Assembly: GCF_036365525.1 (NCBI RefSeq)
Contig: NC_090387.1
Span: forward strand, 43,019,404 to 43,083,403
Reading direction: 5' to 3'
DNA length: 64,000 nucleotides
Source of the DNA: Heterodontus francisci
Taxonomy: Eukaryota
In this document: piece after piece, positions 1 through 12,371 of the stretch
Numbering within the stretch: position 1 is the first letter of the stretch
How the letters are laid out: every line of letters starts with the position of its first letter
Position numbers and translations under genes: made by a program
Notes under the pieces: model-generated
Databases searched by the model: none
The model's input: the letters and a program-made list of their open reading frames with translations, nothing else
What the model was told of the DNA's origin: nothing

Positions 1-1130
1 CACTTCAGGCAGGGAAAATATGACCAACTACAAGCGGAGAGGGCAGAGGATCCCGTGTTCCATGAGCTATGGAAGATAGTGGAAGATTGGCTGGTCTCCA
101 TACAAGACGTGGCTGAATCCATCAGGCCATTCTGGAATTTCAGGGATAAGCCTGGAATCTCACACAACGCCATTTTTAAGGGCAGGCAAGTGCTGATCCC
201 TGCGTCGCTACAGCTGACATACCCCAACAGCTCCACCAATCGCATATGGGTATTGACCATACCAGGCAGTTGGGCCAGGGTGCCAGTCTATTAGCCAGAT
301 ATCAATGACAATATTGCAGCCATTGTTCAAACATGTCAGGCATGTCAGGCTCACCAAGTCAACATCATAAATCTTCCATTCCTCACAAAATTCCTGCATT
401 CCCATGGGTGAAGATTACCACTGATCTATTCCTCATTGTCACTGATTATTTTTTGAAGTATCCGATTATCTGACGATTAAATGACACATCGAATTCTACA
501 GTAGCAAGTACCCTCAGTCTATTCGGGGAACCTGAGGAGGTGATTTCTGATAATGGGCCTCAGCACACTGGGAAATCAATTTTGTGGCATGTGTCAGAAA
601 TGGGTTGTTATGCACACATCTTCACCTCATTGTCCATGTTCCAATGGTCTTGTGGAATGTATGATTCGCACAGTCAAATCACTTATTTCTAAATGCCAGC
701 AGATGCGTCAAGACTTGCACAAAACTATGCTCCACCTATGTGCAACTTCATTGAGTTCTACAATTCCATCCCCTGACGAGCTTATGTTCAGGCACCAGAT
801 GTGTATTGATCCTCCTAGTTTCCATCGTTCCATCGATCCTGAAGTTAGAGACGCTGTTTTGGAGCAATGGAGGAAGATAAAAGAGGTACACGATAGTCAT
901 GCTGGAAATGAGCTTTCCAATTTAGTGTACGATAACAGGTCACAATACAGAATCCTGTAACCAGTACATGGAGTACTGCACAAGTCTCCAGGGTTTGACC
1001 AGAACCACATTCGTAGGAGGTTAATACTTCTACTGGTGCTACATTGTGTAAGAATAGAAGTCAGATCAGAACAGTCCATGATCCAAGATCCATGGAAGAC
1101 TTTATTGCAAACCGGACAAGATTGAAGACA
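1..1130 (+). mobile_element. Decayed Gypsy/Ty3 LTR retrotransposon, integrase region
   Basis: Broken frames give FKGRQVLIP, an H..C..C zinc-finger region, ISDNGPQ and SSPHCPCSNGLVECMIRTVK (ORFs 55-294, 553-960), which are Gypsy integrase motifs. Confidence 0.8.
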
Positions 1131-2518
1131 AAGTCTCATAGGAATACAGGAAATAGGAACAGGAGTAGACCATTAGGCCCTTCGAGCTCACTCCACCATT
1201 CAACTAGATCAAGGCTCATCTTCTACCTCAATATCATTTTCTTGCACTATTTCCTTATCCCTTGATATCTTTAAAACATAGAAATCTATCGATCTCGGTC
1301 TTGAACATACTCAATGACTGAGCCTCCACAGCCCTCTGGGGTGGAGAATTCCAAAGATTCACCACCCTCTGAGTGAAGAAATTCCTCCTCATCTCAGTCC
1401 TAAATGGCCTACCTCTTAGTCTGAGCTGTATCCCCTGGTTCTAGAACCCCCAGCCAGGGGAAACATCCTTCCTGCATCAACCCTGTCGAGCCCTGTTAGA
1501 ATTTTGCATGCTTCAATGCGATCACCTCTCATTCTTCTGAACTCTAGAGAGTATAGGCCCAGTCTCCTCAATCTCTTCTCATAGGACAATCCCACCATCC
1601 CAGAAATCAGTCTGGTGAACCTTCGTTGCACTCCCTCTATGGTGAGTAGATCCTTCCTTAGGTAAGGAGACCAAAACTGTATACAATACCCAGATGCAGT
1701 CTCATCAAGGCTCTATATAATTGCAGCAAGACCTCTTTACTCCTGTACTCAAATCCTCTTGCAATAAGAGCCAACATACCATTTGCCTTCCAAATTGCTT
1801 GTTGCACCTGCATGTTAGCTTTCAGTGATTTATGAACAAGGACACCAGGTCCCTTTGGACATAAACACTTCCCAATCTCTCACCATTTAAGAAATACTCT
1901 GCATTTCTATTTTTCCTGCCAAAGTGGATAACTTCACATTTTTCCACCTTATATTCCATTTGCCACGTTCTTGTCCACTCACTTAGCCTGTCTAAATCCC
2001 CTTGATGCCTCTTTGCATCCTCCTCACAACTCTCAATTCCGCCTAATTTTGTGTCATCAGCAAACTTGGAAATAATACATTTGGTCCCACATCCAAATCA
2101 TTGATAGAGATTGTGAATAGCTGGGGCCCAAGCACTGATCCTTGCAGTACCCCACTAGTCACAGCCTGCCAACCTGACAATTACCTGTTTATTCCTACTC
2201 TCTGTTTTCTGCCCGTTAACTAATTCTCAATCCATACCAGTGTATTAGCCCCAATCCCATGTGCTCTAATTTTGCTTACTAACCTCTTGTTTGGGACCAT
2301 ATCAAAAGCCTTCTGAAAATCCAAATACACCACATCCACTAGTTCCCCCTTAACTATTCTGCTAGTTACATCCTCAAAGAACTCCAACAGATTTGTCAAA
2401 CATGATTTCCCTTTCATAAATAAAAGCAAAATACTGCGGATGCTGGAAATCTGAAACAAAAACAAGAAATGCTGGAATCACTCAGCAGGTCTGGCAGCAT
2501 CTGTGGAAAGAGAAGCAG

Positions 2519-2555
2519 AGTTAACGTTTCGGGTCAGTGACCCTTCTTCAGAACT
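2519..2555 (-). ncRNA. Minimal type I hammerhead ribozyme motif in the PLE pLTR
   Basis: Minus strand AGTT-CTGAAGA-A-GGGTC(ACT)GACCC-GAAA-CGTT-AACT: canonical core, helix II hairpin, palindromic ACGT helix III, and AGTT/AACT helix I. Confidence 0.8.
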
Positions 2556-3518
2556 GACAAATATTAGAAAAGTCACAGATTATAAACAAGTGAGGTGGGG
2601 GTGGGGCAAGAGATAACAAAGGAGAAGGTGTAGATTGGACAAGGCCATATAGCTGACCAAAAGGTCACGGAGCAAAGGCAAACAATATGTTAATGGTGTG
2701 TTGAAAGACAAAGCATTAGTACAGATTAGGTGTGAATACACTGAATATTGAACAGCAGCAAGTGTAAACCTGAAGAAAAACAACCTGAAAAAAACAGTGG
2801 GTAAGCAAACTGAACAAACTAAGATGAAATGAAATAAATACAAAAAAAGATTGTAAAAAATGTAAAAAGGAATGTAAAAAAAGGAAGAAAAAATAACTAA
2901 AAATGAAAGTAAAATGGGGGGCTGTCATGCTCTGAAATTATTGAACTCAATGTTCAGTCCGGCAGGCTGTAGTGTGCCTAATCGGTAGATGAGATGCTGT
3001 TCCTCGAGCTTGCGTTGATGTTCACTGGAACACTGTAGCAATCCCAGGACAGAGATGTGAGCATGAGAGCAGGGGGGAGTGTTGAAATGGCAAGCAACCG
3101 GAAGCTCAGGGTCCTGCTTGCAGACTGAGTCAATAATTTCAGAGCATGACAGCCCCCCATTTTACTTTCATTTCTAGTTATTTTTTCTTCCTTTTTTTAC
3201 ATTCCTTTTTACATTTTTTACAATCTTTTTTTGCATTTATTTCATTTCATCTTAGTTTGTTCAGTTTGCTTACCCACTGTTTTTTTCAGGTTGTTTTTCT
3301 TCAGGTTTACACTTGCTGCTGTTCAATATTCAGTGTATTCACACCTAATCTGTACTAATGCTTTGTCTTTCAACACACCATTAACATATTGTTTGTCTTT
3401 GCTCCGTGACCTTTTGGTCAGCTATATGGCCTTGTCCAATCTACACCTTCTCCTTTGTTATCTCTTGCCCCACCCCCACCTCACTTGTTTATAATCTGTG
3501 ACTTTTCTAATATTTGTC

Positions 3519-3555
3519 AGTTCCGAAGAAGGGTCACTGACCCGAAACGTTAACT
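3519..3555 (+). ncRNA. Minimal hammerhead ribozyme motif (CCGAAGA core variant)
   Basis: AGTT-CCGAAGA-A-GGGTCACTGACCC-GAAACGTT-AACT. Confidence 0.7.
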
Positions 3556-3865
3556 CTGCTTCTCTTTCCACAGATGCTGCCAGACCTGCTGAGTGATTCC
3601 AGCATTTCTTGTTTTTGTTCCCTTTCATAAACCTGTGTTGACTCTGCCCAATCCTACCATTATTTTCTAAGTGTCCAGTTATCACATCCTTTATAATAGA
3701 TTCTAGCATTTTCCCGACTACTGAAGCCAGGCTAACAGATCTGTGGTTCCCCTTTTCTTTCTCCCTCCTTTTTTAAATAGTGGGGTTACATTTGCTACCT
3801 TCCAATCTGCAGGAACCACTCCAGAATCTACAGAACTTTGGAAGCTGATCACCAATGCATCCACT

Positions 3866-4357
3866 GTCCCGGGCAGAGTCTACGCATTTTACTCCCATAG
3901 AGAAGACTCCGTGCAGATCTGTTCTGGATTTCAAGAACAGTTATCCGGTTTCTAGATCAGGACGTTTGATCAAATCACCTTTATATTATCATGACTGATG
4001 AGTATACATGTCTCTGTTACTGTTTAGTACCATGTATGTTTATCTCCAATTACTGTTGTTGAATTGTATGTAGTTAACGTTTACCTATTTGAGGGGGATG
4101 TATTTTTATTTGGAAATAAAAGGAGGATGTTGTGGTATGCCTTTAAGAGGCATGGTCATGTTATAATGCACAACAGTGTAAGAGCTGTGATGTAGCATAC
4201 CACATGACTTCTGGTGTGAGGGCAGTCTGAAGAAAGTATCTGTGCAGTGAAGAACCATCCTTGAATAAAGAATCCAAGTTATTGTGTTATTGATCCCATC
4301 TTGAGTGGTCAGTGCCTTGTGTGTAGTAGTCACTAACACAGAGGTTACGAAAACACA
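3866..4357 (+). mobile_element. Gypsy 3' end with PPT and 3' LTR (about 4128-4357)
   Basis: SRSGRLIKSP-like pol tail, purine tract AAAAGGAGGA directly before TGTTGTG (4128), internal AATAAA, and a CA end before CR1 sequence begins. Confidence 0.65.
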
Positions 4358-5560
4358 AGTAACAGAGAAGGTTGATGAAGGGAATGCGGTAGGTGTTGTC
4401 CAATTGGATTTTAAGAAATCTTTTGACAAAGTGACACATAAAAGGCTGGTTAACAAAAATGCGACTCATGGACTAGGAGGGTCACTGTCAGCTTGGCTAA
4501 AAAAATGGCTTAAGGACAGAAAACAGAGAGTCATGGTAAATGGTTGTTTTTTATTCTGGAGGATGGTAAACACTGGTGCACCCCAAGGGTCAGTGCTAGG
4601 ACCACTGCTTTTTAGATATATATAAATGACTTGTATATTGGAATACAGAATAAAATTTCAAAATTTGCAGATGACAACAAACTTGGAGGTGTGGCAAATG
4701 GTGAGGATGATATGGACGACCTGCAACAAGAGGTCTGGTAAAATGAGCCGACAACTGGCAGATGGAATTTAATACAGAGAAGTGTGAGGTGATGCATTTT
4801 GGCAGAAGGGATAGGGAGAGGCAATAAAGACTTAATGGCACAGTTCTAAAAAATGTGCAGGGACAGAGGGACCTGAGGGGTCGTGTGCATAGATCTTTGA
4901 AGGTGGCATATTGAGAGAGTGGTTAGTAAAGCATATGGGAACTTGGGCTTCATAAATCAAAGCATTGAGTACAAAAGCAGGGAGGTTATACTGAACTTTT
5001 ATAAAGCTCTGGTTAGGCCACAACTAGAGTATTTCATCCAGTTCTGGTCATCATATTTTATGAAGGATTTGAAGGTCTTTTGAGAGGGTGCAGAGGAGGG
5101 AGATTTACCAGAATGATTCCAGGAATGAGGGAATTTAGCTACGAGGTTAGGTTGGAGAAGCTAGGGTTGTTCTCCTTGGAACAAAGTAAGTTGAGGGGAT
5201 AGAGGTGTACAAGATTATGACAGGTTTAGATAAGGGAGACAAAGAAAAGTTGTTCCCATTAGCTGATGGTACAAGGACCAGGGGACACAGATTGAAGGTT
5301 TTGGGCAATAGATGCAGGAAGGATATGAGGAAGAACTTTTTTTCATGCAGTGAGAAGTAATGACCTGGAACCTGTTGCCTACGAGGGTGATGAAAGTGGA
5401 GATAATCAATAAATTCAAAAGGAAATTGGATTGGCACTTGAGGAAAATAAACTTGCAGGGCTACGCAGATAGTGTAGAAGAGTGGGACTGATCAGCTTGC
5501 TCTACAAAGAGCAGACATGGACTTGATAGGCCAAATGGCCCCCTTCTGTGCTTTAATGAC
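4358..5560 (+). mobile_element. CR1 LINE 3' fragment
   Basis: VTEKVDEGNAVGVVQLDFKKSFDKV, GAPQGSVLGPLLF and KFADD motifs, followed by a CR1-type 3' end. Confidence 0.88.
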
Positions 5561-5565
5561 TCGAT

Positions 5566-6118
5566 GGGCAGAATCTTATGCACTTCAAGAAATAATTGAG
5601 GGTTGGAACCATTCCTGGGTCACATTCCTGCACTGGCTGTCAGGGCACCCGCCTGGGAGATCTTCCGGGAGGCAGCCAATTAATAGGGTACCTCCAGGTC
5701 TGTCGTCCAATTAAGAAGGCACCAGAGGTGGGCGCTGCCATTTACAGAGGGGGAGCATCAGGGGGGAATAGAATGGCCTGCGGCTGCAGTGACTGGAGTG
5801 GGGGGCGGGGGGTGGAAGTGTGTGTAGGAGGTCTCGCAGGCCCACAAGCCAGCTGCCTCTAGACACCTGCTGGGCTTGGCCCTCAGTGGAGAAGCCCACC
5901 TGCTGCGGGGAAGACCCCAGCGCATCCCCAATCAGCCCAAATGGGCAGTTCATTTTGCAGTTTGGCTACACATTGCTGCCGGTAGACTCTGCTGATGATC
6001 CGCCTCTGTGAAGATTGGCGAGAGGCAGGAACATCAGCCCGCTGACGCAATGCTTATATTTCTAAAATTCCTCCTGGTCCCACCTTCAAGTCCCCCCAGG
6101 ACTGCGAAGATTCCACCC
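5566..6118. mobile_element. GC-rich MITE (Harbinger-like non-autonomous element)
   Basis: Imperfect TIRs GGGCAGAATCTT ... AAGATTCCACCC with no coding capacity. Confidence 0.55.
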
Positions 6119-6311
6119 TATGACTCTAATCATATGCCGGATACTGAATTTGCATTTTAATAACATAGCAATTCAAAACAGGTCCAAACTGTATCTAGAT
6201 ACATGAAAATTATGTCATAAAATCACAAACCAACACCATGTACTCACACAGAATAAATAACTGCACTGCTCACTATGTGTAATGATATTGAAAATGCACT
6301 CAAAAAGAATA

Positions 6312-6493
6312 GGGTAAATTTTCAACTTTCTGCCCATTGCAGAAACCGCCCAATTTATATTTCCATTGAAATCAAATAACGGGCATCAGAATTGCAAGAT
6401 CCATTTTATTATGTTGTTATGTAGTTACACAGCAGCCAATTTGTGCACAACTGGTTCGGCATCACACCCAGGCAACAAGTTGAAACTGTACCC
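6312..6493. mobile_element. Small MITE
   Basis: TIRs GGGTAAATTTTCAACTT ... AAGTTGAAACTGTACCC. Confidence 0.55.
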
Positions 6494-6934
6494 CAATATG
6501 CTTACAATTTCACTACAGGTAGCAACCACAAAAAATTTTTCTCCTTAGTCAACTGATGTCTTCAGATCTCCTGGCATAGACCTGTTATATCATATGTACC
6601 TAATGGACACATTTGCAGTCTTACCATTTTCATCTTGAATAATTAACATAGAATGACAATGTGGCTGATTAACAATATTATTATATTCCCCTCAGTGACA
6701 GAGGAAAATACTGTCTTTCTTTAAAACACAGAAATTGCATGTGGCTCCGTTACGTCAAAACAATGATTATAAAATACAGCAATTTGAAATGGAATTATAT
6801 TCGTTCACCAATTTGGTATTTTACATTGCTTTAGGTAATTAAACAGACTATGCAATAGTATTAATGTCACAATGAAGTGCCATCAATGGTTATCATTATA
6901 CACATGGCTTTTCTTCACTGAAGACAAAGAAAAA

Positions 6935-7217
6935 GCCTGAATTGATGTAGCACCTTATCCTCAGGGTATCTCACTTCACATCCAATGAATTACCATTTTA
7001 AATATAGCCACTGTTGTTATGTAGTTACACAGCAGCCAATTTGTGCACAACTGGTTCGGCACCACATCCAAAAGGCAGCATCTCCAACAATGCCGCACTC
7101 TGTCAGTACTATGGTGAAGTGTCAGCCTCCATTGTGTGCTCAAGTCCTGAAGTGTAGCGTGAAACTAAAAACTTCTCACGAGAGGCAAAAATGAGACCAG
7201 GTGAACCAAGTTGACAT
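6935..7217 (-). mobile_element. DeuSINE/SacSINE1-like SINE, degraded
   Basis: Contains GCAGCCAATTTGTGCACA and GAAGTGTCAGCCT..TGTGCTCAAGTC segments resembling the Deu domain and tRNA-related head in reverse. Confidence 0.55.
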
Positions 7218-7848
7218 CCAGGGCAAGATTTCCCTCTTTACTTCCGTCCACTTACAAATGGTTTTGGAACAGAGACCAATGGAAGTTGTGGCAGAAGCCC
7301 ATTCTACCGGCTCCCTGATGTCTGCGGCACTCCTGAGATTTTACATCAGAAATTATATTAGATGCTCACAAGATCGTTATGGATGAAGGCAGCCATTCAT
7401 TAAGCCCGTCTTAATACATTAATTCAGAACAACCCATACACTCCCCCATTGCTGTATCAAATTGTTTCTTAAATTATTCCAGGGTTTTCATCTCCACCAC
7501 TCTGCCTGGAAGTCCATTCCAAGTGTTGATTAACTTCTGATCTCAGTCTTAAAGTTCTCTTTTACAGATTAATTTAAAGTAGTATTCTGGATTAACATTT
7601 TTCATACCAATCACTATCTTATATTATTGCTATAACAGAGTTGTCCAACATACAGCCCGTGGGTCAGAATCCAGCCCGCTGAAGCAGCGAACCAGGGAGC
7701 GAGAGACACACACAGAGATGGAGGGCAACACAGAGAAGGAACAGGGAGAGGGTGACAGAGAGAGAGAGGGGAGAAAGAGAAGGGAGAGACAGCGAGAGCA
7801 TGGGGAGAGACAGTGAGAGCATGGGGACACAGAGAGAGCGAGTCACAT

Positions 7849-8547
7849 AGGCTGGAATTTTTCTTTGGGCGAGAGGCCCCACCCACCAGCCAAAACGTCA
7901 GTGAGTGAGCCATCCTCCACCGGGCCTGGGGAGCCAGGCCGGGACTTTTCGCTCCTCAGGCCCTTAATTAGTCTTGGGCGGGACTTCCATCTCACTGAGG
8001 CAGGAAGTCCCGCCGAATGGAGCTGCCGGTCAATCAGCGGGCCAGCAGCTCTTAGTCCCAGCAGTGCCATCAGGTGTGGTGGCCACTGCTGGGATTACAC
8101 CCTGCCATCGCAAGCAAGATGAAGGACGGCCCCGGAAGGCAGGTAAGTGTCTCGGTTAGGGGGAGGTGGGTGGGGGGGGAGGGGGTTGTACGTTGGGGAT
8201 GGTTGGGGCTTCGGGGGTGGCCCTCCATGGGGCACAGGGTGCCCAATCAAGAGGGCTGCTCCCCACCCCATCCCACAAGAAGGCCACCTGGTTTTACCAG
8301 GCGGGGTTCTTGAGGCTTTTGCTGTCTGGCTGCCAAGGGTAAAATACTCGCAGGGGCAGCAGGAGGCCCTGAAGTGCCACTTAAGGGTCTTGATTGGCTT
8401 GGGGCGAGTGGACCGTTTCATGCCACCACTGCCCCGCATCAAATTTCAGCAGGGGCTGGAGGGAGTTGGAAATGCCCCTGCTGCCTCCTACTCAATTTTA
8501 CGCCACCCAACCTGCCCCGCAACCAGCCCGCTCATAAAATTGGGCCG
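7849..8547. mobile_element. GC-rich MITE (Harbinger-like) inside an AG-rich tract
   Basis: Ends AGGCTGGAATTTT ... AAAATTGGGCCG, similar to the 41570-42248 element. Flanked by degenerate (GA)n. Confidence 0.6.
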
Positions 8548-8744
8548 TAATATCCCAACCAGAGAGAGTGAGGGGGAGAGAGACACAGAGAGGGGCAGAG
8601 AGAGAGACAAAGAAATGAAGGGGGGAGAGAGACAGACAGAGAAAGCACAGGAAGAGAGAGACACAGAGAGAGGGAGGAGAGAGACCCACTAAGGGGGGAG
8701 AGACACAGAGATGGGGGTAAAGAAAGAGATAGGGAGAGAGAGAT

Positions 8745-9958
8745 GGGGAAGTCAGTGGATGTGGTTTATTTGGACTTTCAGAAGGCTTTCGACAAAGTCC
8801 TACATAAGAGATAAGTATGTACAATTAAAGCGCATGGGATTGGGGGTTGTGTATTGCGATGGATAGAAAATTGGTTGGCAGACAGGAAACAAAGAATAGG
8901 AATAAACGGGTCTTTTTTGGAATGGCAGGCAGTGACTAGTGGGGTACCGCAGGGATCGGTGCTAGGACCCCAGCTATTCACAATATATGTTAATAATTTA
9001 GATGAGGGAACTAAATGTAATATCTCCAAATTTGCAGATGACACAAAACTGAGTGGGAGGGTGAGTTGTGAGGAGGATGCAGAGAGGCTTCAGGGTGATT
9101 TGGACAAGTTAAGTGAGTGGGCAAATGCATGGCAGATGCAGTATAATGTGGATAATTGTGAGGTTATCCACTTTGGTAGCAAAAATAGGAAGGCAGATTA
9201 TTATCTGAACAGCGATAAACTGAGAAAGGGGAATATCCAACGAGACCTCGGTGTTCTCGTACACCAGTCACTGAAGGTGCAGGTGCAAAAGGTGGTAAAA
9301 AAGGCAAATGGTATGTTGACCTTCATAGCAAGAGGATTCGAGTACAGGAGCAGGGATGTCTTGCTGCAATTATACAGGGCCTTGGTGAGGCCACACCTGG
9401 AATATTGTGTGCAGTTTTAGTCTCCTTATCTGAGGAAGGATGTTCTTGCTATAGAGGGAGTGCAGCTAAGGTTTACCAGACTGATTCCTGGGATGGCAGG
9501 ACTGACGTATGAGGAGAGATTGAGTCGGTTAGGATTATATTTGCTGGCGTTCAGAAGAGTGAGGGGGGATCGCATAGAAACCGATAAAATTCTAACAGGA
9601 CTTGACAGGGTAGATGCAGGAAGGATGTTCCCAATGGTGGGGAGTCCAAAACCAGAGGTCATAGTCTAAGGATACAGAGTAAACCTTTCAGGACTGAGAT
9701 GAGAAGTTACTTCACCCAGAGAGTGGTGAGCCTGTGGAATTCACTACCACAGAAAGCAGTTGAGGCCAAAACATTGTATATTTTCAAGAAAGAGTTAGAT
9801 ACAGCTCTTGGGGCGAAAGAGATCAAAGGATATGGGGGGAAAGCGGGAACAGGTTACTGAGTTGGATGATCAGCCATGATCATAATGAATGGTGGAGCAT
9901 GCTCGAAGAGCCGAATGACCTACTCCTGCTCCTATTTTCTATGTTTCTATGTTTCTAT
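8745..9958 (+). mobile_element. CR1 LINE 3' part (RT) with (TTTCTATG)n tail
   Basis: ORF 8854-9420 SGVPQGSVLGPQLF..SKFADDTKL..RPHLEYCVQF. Same family as 60803-64000. Confidence 0.93.
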
Positions 9959-10928
9959 AGACACAGATAGGGCAGAGAGAGAGGGGAGAGAAAGAGATCA
10001 AGATCACTCCTGACAGATGGACATCTATTCGGAATACTCCACATCGTTGCATCAAGTGTACGGGCAGAGATTGATTACTAATGCAAGCAAACCCAATGCC
10101 AGGTATGTCACTAAGTCAGTGTTCAACATAGTGATGAAAAAGTAAGTCAATAAATTATTTTTCTCATTTACAGCTTCTTTACAACAATGCACATTAGTTT
10201 TTGTTTTGATTCATAGTAAGTTAAATTTTTTATGTCTTTATCTTTCACAAATTTTCTCACTGGCCCCTATGTAGGACAAAAATTGTAACGTGGCCCCCCA
10301 CCATAAAAATGTTGGAGACGCCTGCTCTATAAGGTCCCCTCTTGGGCACCTTCTTTCCAGGCTGAAAAGCTCAAGTTTCTCCAATCTTTCCTCTAGCTCA
10401 AACAATGACACTAGGGTTCACACTTCTGGCTCTGCTCTGCAATGCCTCCCTGGCTTCTCAGTGGCCAGAGCATTGTGCAGTTTGATCACTACCTCCTCTG
10501 ACTTGTACTGTAATGTTTTGGCTTTATAGTTCAGCATTCTATTTGTGATGCTAATTGCTGCTCTCCATTGGCTGACAATATTGAACATTGAGTCTACTAA
10601 GACTCCTGGGTGTTTCAATTTCATCTTTAGCTATTTCAACACCATTCATGAAGTCTGTCAGTTGCAATTTACAAATTTTGTTTAGCCGATGCTGTAGTTT
10701 CTGAACTGTCTGCTTCAATTCCACTGACATTGGTAGTTTGATATAACTGCAAATTTGAAAATGGCTGCCTATAGTTATACAGGCATATACAAATATACAT
10801 GAACAATGTGAAAACCTCATTCATCATATCCCTGCTGACACTTCAGTGCAGTGCTGAGGGAGTGCCATATTACCAGAGATTCTATTTTTCAAGCAAGGCA
10901 TTATTGACTTGAAGTCTGGAAAGATACT

Positions 10929-11091
10929 AAAGCAAAATACTGTGGATGCTGGAAATCTGAAGCAGAACAGAAAATGCTGGAAATACTCAGCAGGTCAGGC
11001 CGCATCTGTGGACAGAGAAACAGAGTTAACGTTTCAGCATTGACCACAGATGCTGCCTGACCTAAGTATTTCCAGCATTTTCTGTTTTGTT
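10929..11091. mobile_element. Tiny Penelope remnant: two inverted pLTR ends
   Basis: AAAGCAAAATACTGTGGATGCTGGAAATCTG...GTTAACGTTTCAG, then inverted CCACAGATGCTGCCTGACC..TTCCAGCATTTTCTGTTTTG. Confidence 0.75.
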
Positions 11092-12223
11092 CCAGAAGTA
11101 TACTGTTTAATTGTATATTTTTGTTATTTTAATATCCTTAAAACTTTAATTTGTGGCATCTAACATTGGTCAGAAGTCGGAAAATGGGTACAAAATTAAA
11201 AAGGATAGGTTGCAATTGATTAGAGTATGCAGTAAGATTATATATGAAACATATTTTGAAAGAAGTTCTCTTTAGCCAGCTTCACTGGCAAGAGCTGGTT
11301 CCCTGCCTGCCCAGGAGCAAGCTCCCAAAGGAGTGTAGTAGCAACATTAGCAGTCTGTCATGAATAATATAATGACAGAAGTTAAAGAAGAAGCTGCAGG
11401 TGTCCTGGCTCTGGTACTTGTGTTCATTGGAACTTTCCTTGTTTCTTTAGATTTTTACACAATTTGAATTGTTACAGATAGTGTGAAAGACAAGAAACTG
11501 GGACTGAACTTCAGAAGGCCTGGGTTTCCCCACTGAAGAGCAATTCATTGCAGTGAACATACCATCTTTCTGCAAAAAGTGCAGAAGGTTTATTTTAGGC
11601 CATTTCCTCAGGCCAATGCACTAATTCTGTGGTGGGCCTGACTCTAATTTTATCAGACAGACATCCCAGTTGCACCAATACTGGCATGTGTCTCCACTCA
11701 CTTTATATAAATGCCATGGCCCTAGGAATTCTGACAGGGTTAGGGGCATCTGGGGTCAACGAGTGGAAGTCCCTGATAATATAATGTTGCGGGGGGGGGG
11801 GGGGTGGGGGGGCAGTTGTTGTCATTTTAGTGACACTGCTAGGGTGGTCTAGAGGCATTGGATCAGCAGGGGTGGTTGTTGGGGGTATCACCATATAGGG
11901 GAGGGAGCCTTCGGTACATGCTAGAAGGAAGTGATAATGGTAGATGGCAGCAGTGGGAGGGTGCTCTTGGAATATAGGAGTACCAGATTGGTGGTGACTG
12001 TGTGTGAGGTGATTAGGAAGAGAATGGCTAGGAGGAGGTTGGAGGTTGCAGGTCACTGCTTGGATGAATAGAGTAGCCATGTTTGTGGTTGTGACCTGAG
12101 AACTGGCTGTAAGTTCTTTAAAGGGGACAGTCTTGTTCATAAAGTGGATGTGGGAGGAAGTGAAGGAGAACGAATGTCATAAACCTTCATTAACTCCCCT
12201 CCCTCCCAAGAAGTTTCAGGACA

Positions 12224-12371
12224 GGATTTCCCGAGCATAGCACTGGGAAATCTTTGTTAGTTGAAAGTGTGTACTGTGCTTACATTGTAATTGCCAGCTT
12301 CAATTGGTAATTACAGTATAAGCCATGCTTTAAATAACAGAGACTTCCCCAGCTCAGTGCTGGGAAAATCC
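12224..12371. repeat. Imperfect palindrome of about 150 bp (probable MITE core)
   Basis: GATTTCCCGAGCATAGCACTGGGAAATCTTTGTTA pairs with TAACAGAGACTTCCCCAGCTCAGTGCTGGGAAAATC. Inner arms TGTAATTGCC/GGTAATTACA. Confidence 0.7.

Larger units (their letters stand above)
2421..3617 (-). mobile_element. 5'-truncated Penelope-like element with inverted pseudo-LTR
   Basis: ORF end ...QPAGLNIEFNNFRA* plus pLTR on the minus strand, and an inverted copy at about 3129-3617. 14-bp TSD TTCCCTTTCATAAA at 2407-2420 and 3618-3631. Confidence 0.92.
1136..3865 (-). mobile_element. CR1 LINE 3' portion (RT), split by a Penelope insertion at 2421-3617
   Basis: KGKSCLTNLLEFFEDVT..VDVVYLDFQKAFD and RRFTRLISGMVGLSYEKRL. 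The sequence resumes after 3617 (LESIIKDVITGHLE). Confidence 0.9.
7636..10324 (+). mobile_element. Non-autonomous hAT (Charlie/SPIN-like) DNA transposon carrying nested insertions
   Basis: TIRs CAGAGTTGTCCAACAT ... ATGTTGGAGACGCCTG. 8-bp flanks TGCTATAA/CTCTATAA. Transposase C-terminus RSLLTDGHLFGILHIVASSVRAEIDY*CKQTQCQVCH* starts at 10001. Confidence 0.8.
7360..10650 (-). mobile_element. Old CR1 3' fragment interrupted by a hAT element (pieces about 7360-7635 and 10325-10650)
   Basis: ORF 10418-10624 (ITNRMLNYKAKTLQYKSEEVVIKLHNAL). The two pieces join across the hAT TSD. Confidence 0.6.

Noticed and set aside
2580-3494. Pairs of near-identical hydrophobic 70-87 aa ORFs on opposite strands (also 45161-45424)
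   Set aside because: They are translations of the T-rich Penelope pLTR and its inverted copy, not membrane-protein or toxin genes.
6625-6690. Possible minus-strand exon ending AAATG|GTAAGA
   Set aside because: The acceptor is poor (GAG) and the peptide is unrecognisable.
7614-8824. Several 66-181 aa ORFs
   Set aside because: They arise from (GA)n low-complexity tracts and a GC-rich MITE, with no recognisable domains.
11360-11470. Small ORF MNNIMTEVKEEAAGVLALVLVFIGTFLVSLDFYTI resembling a transmembrane micropeptide
   Set aside because: It is short enough to occur by chance and loosely resembles CR1 RT (EV.EEIAGAL). There is no other support.
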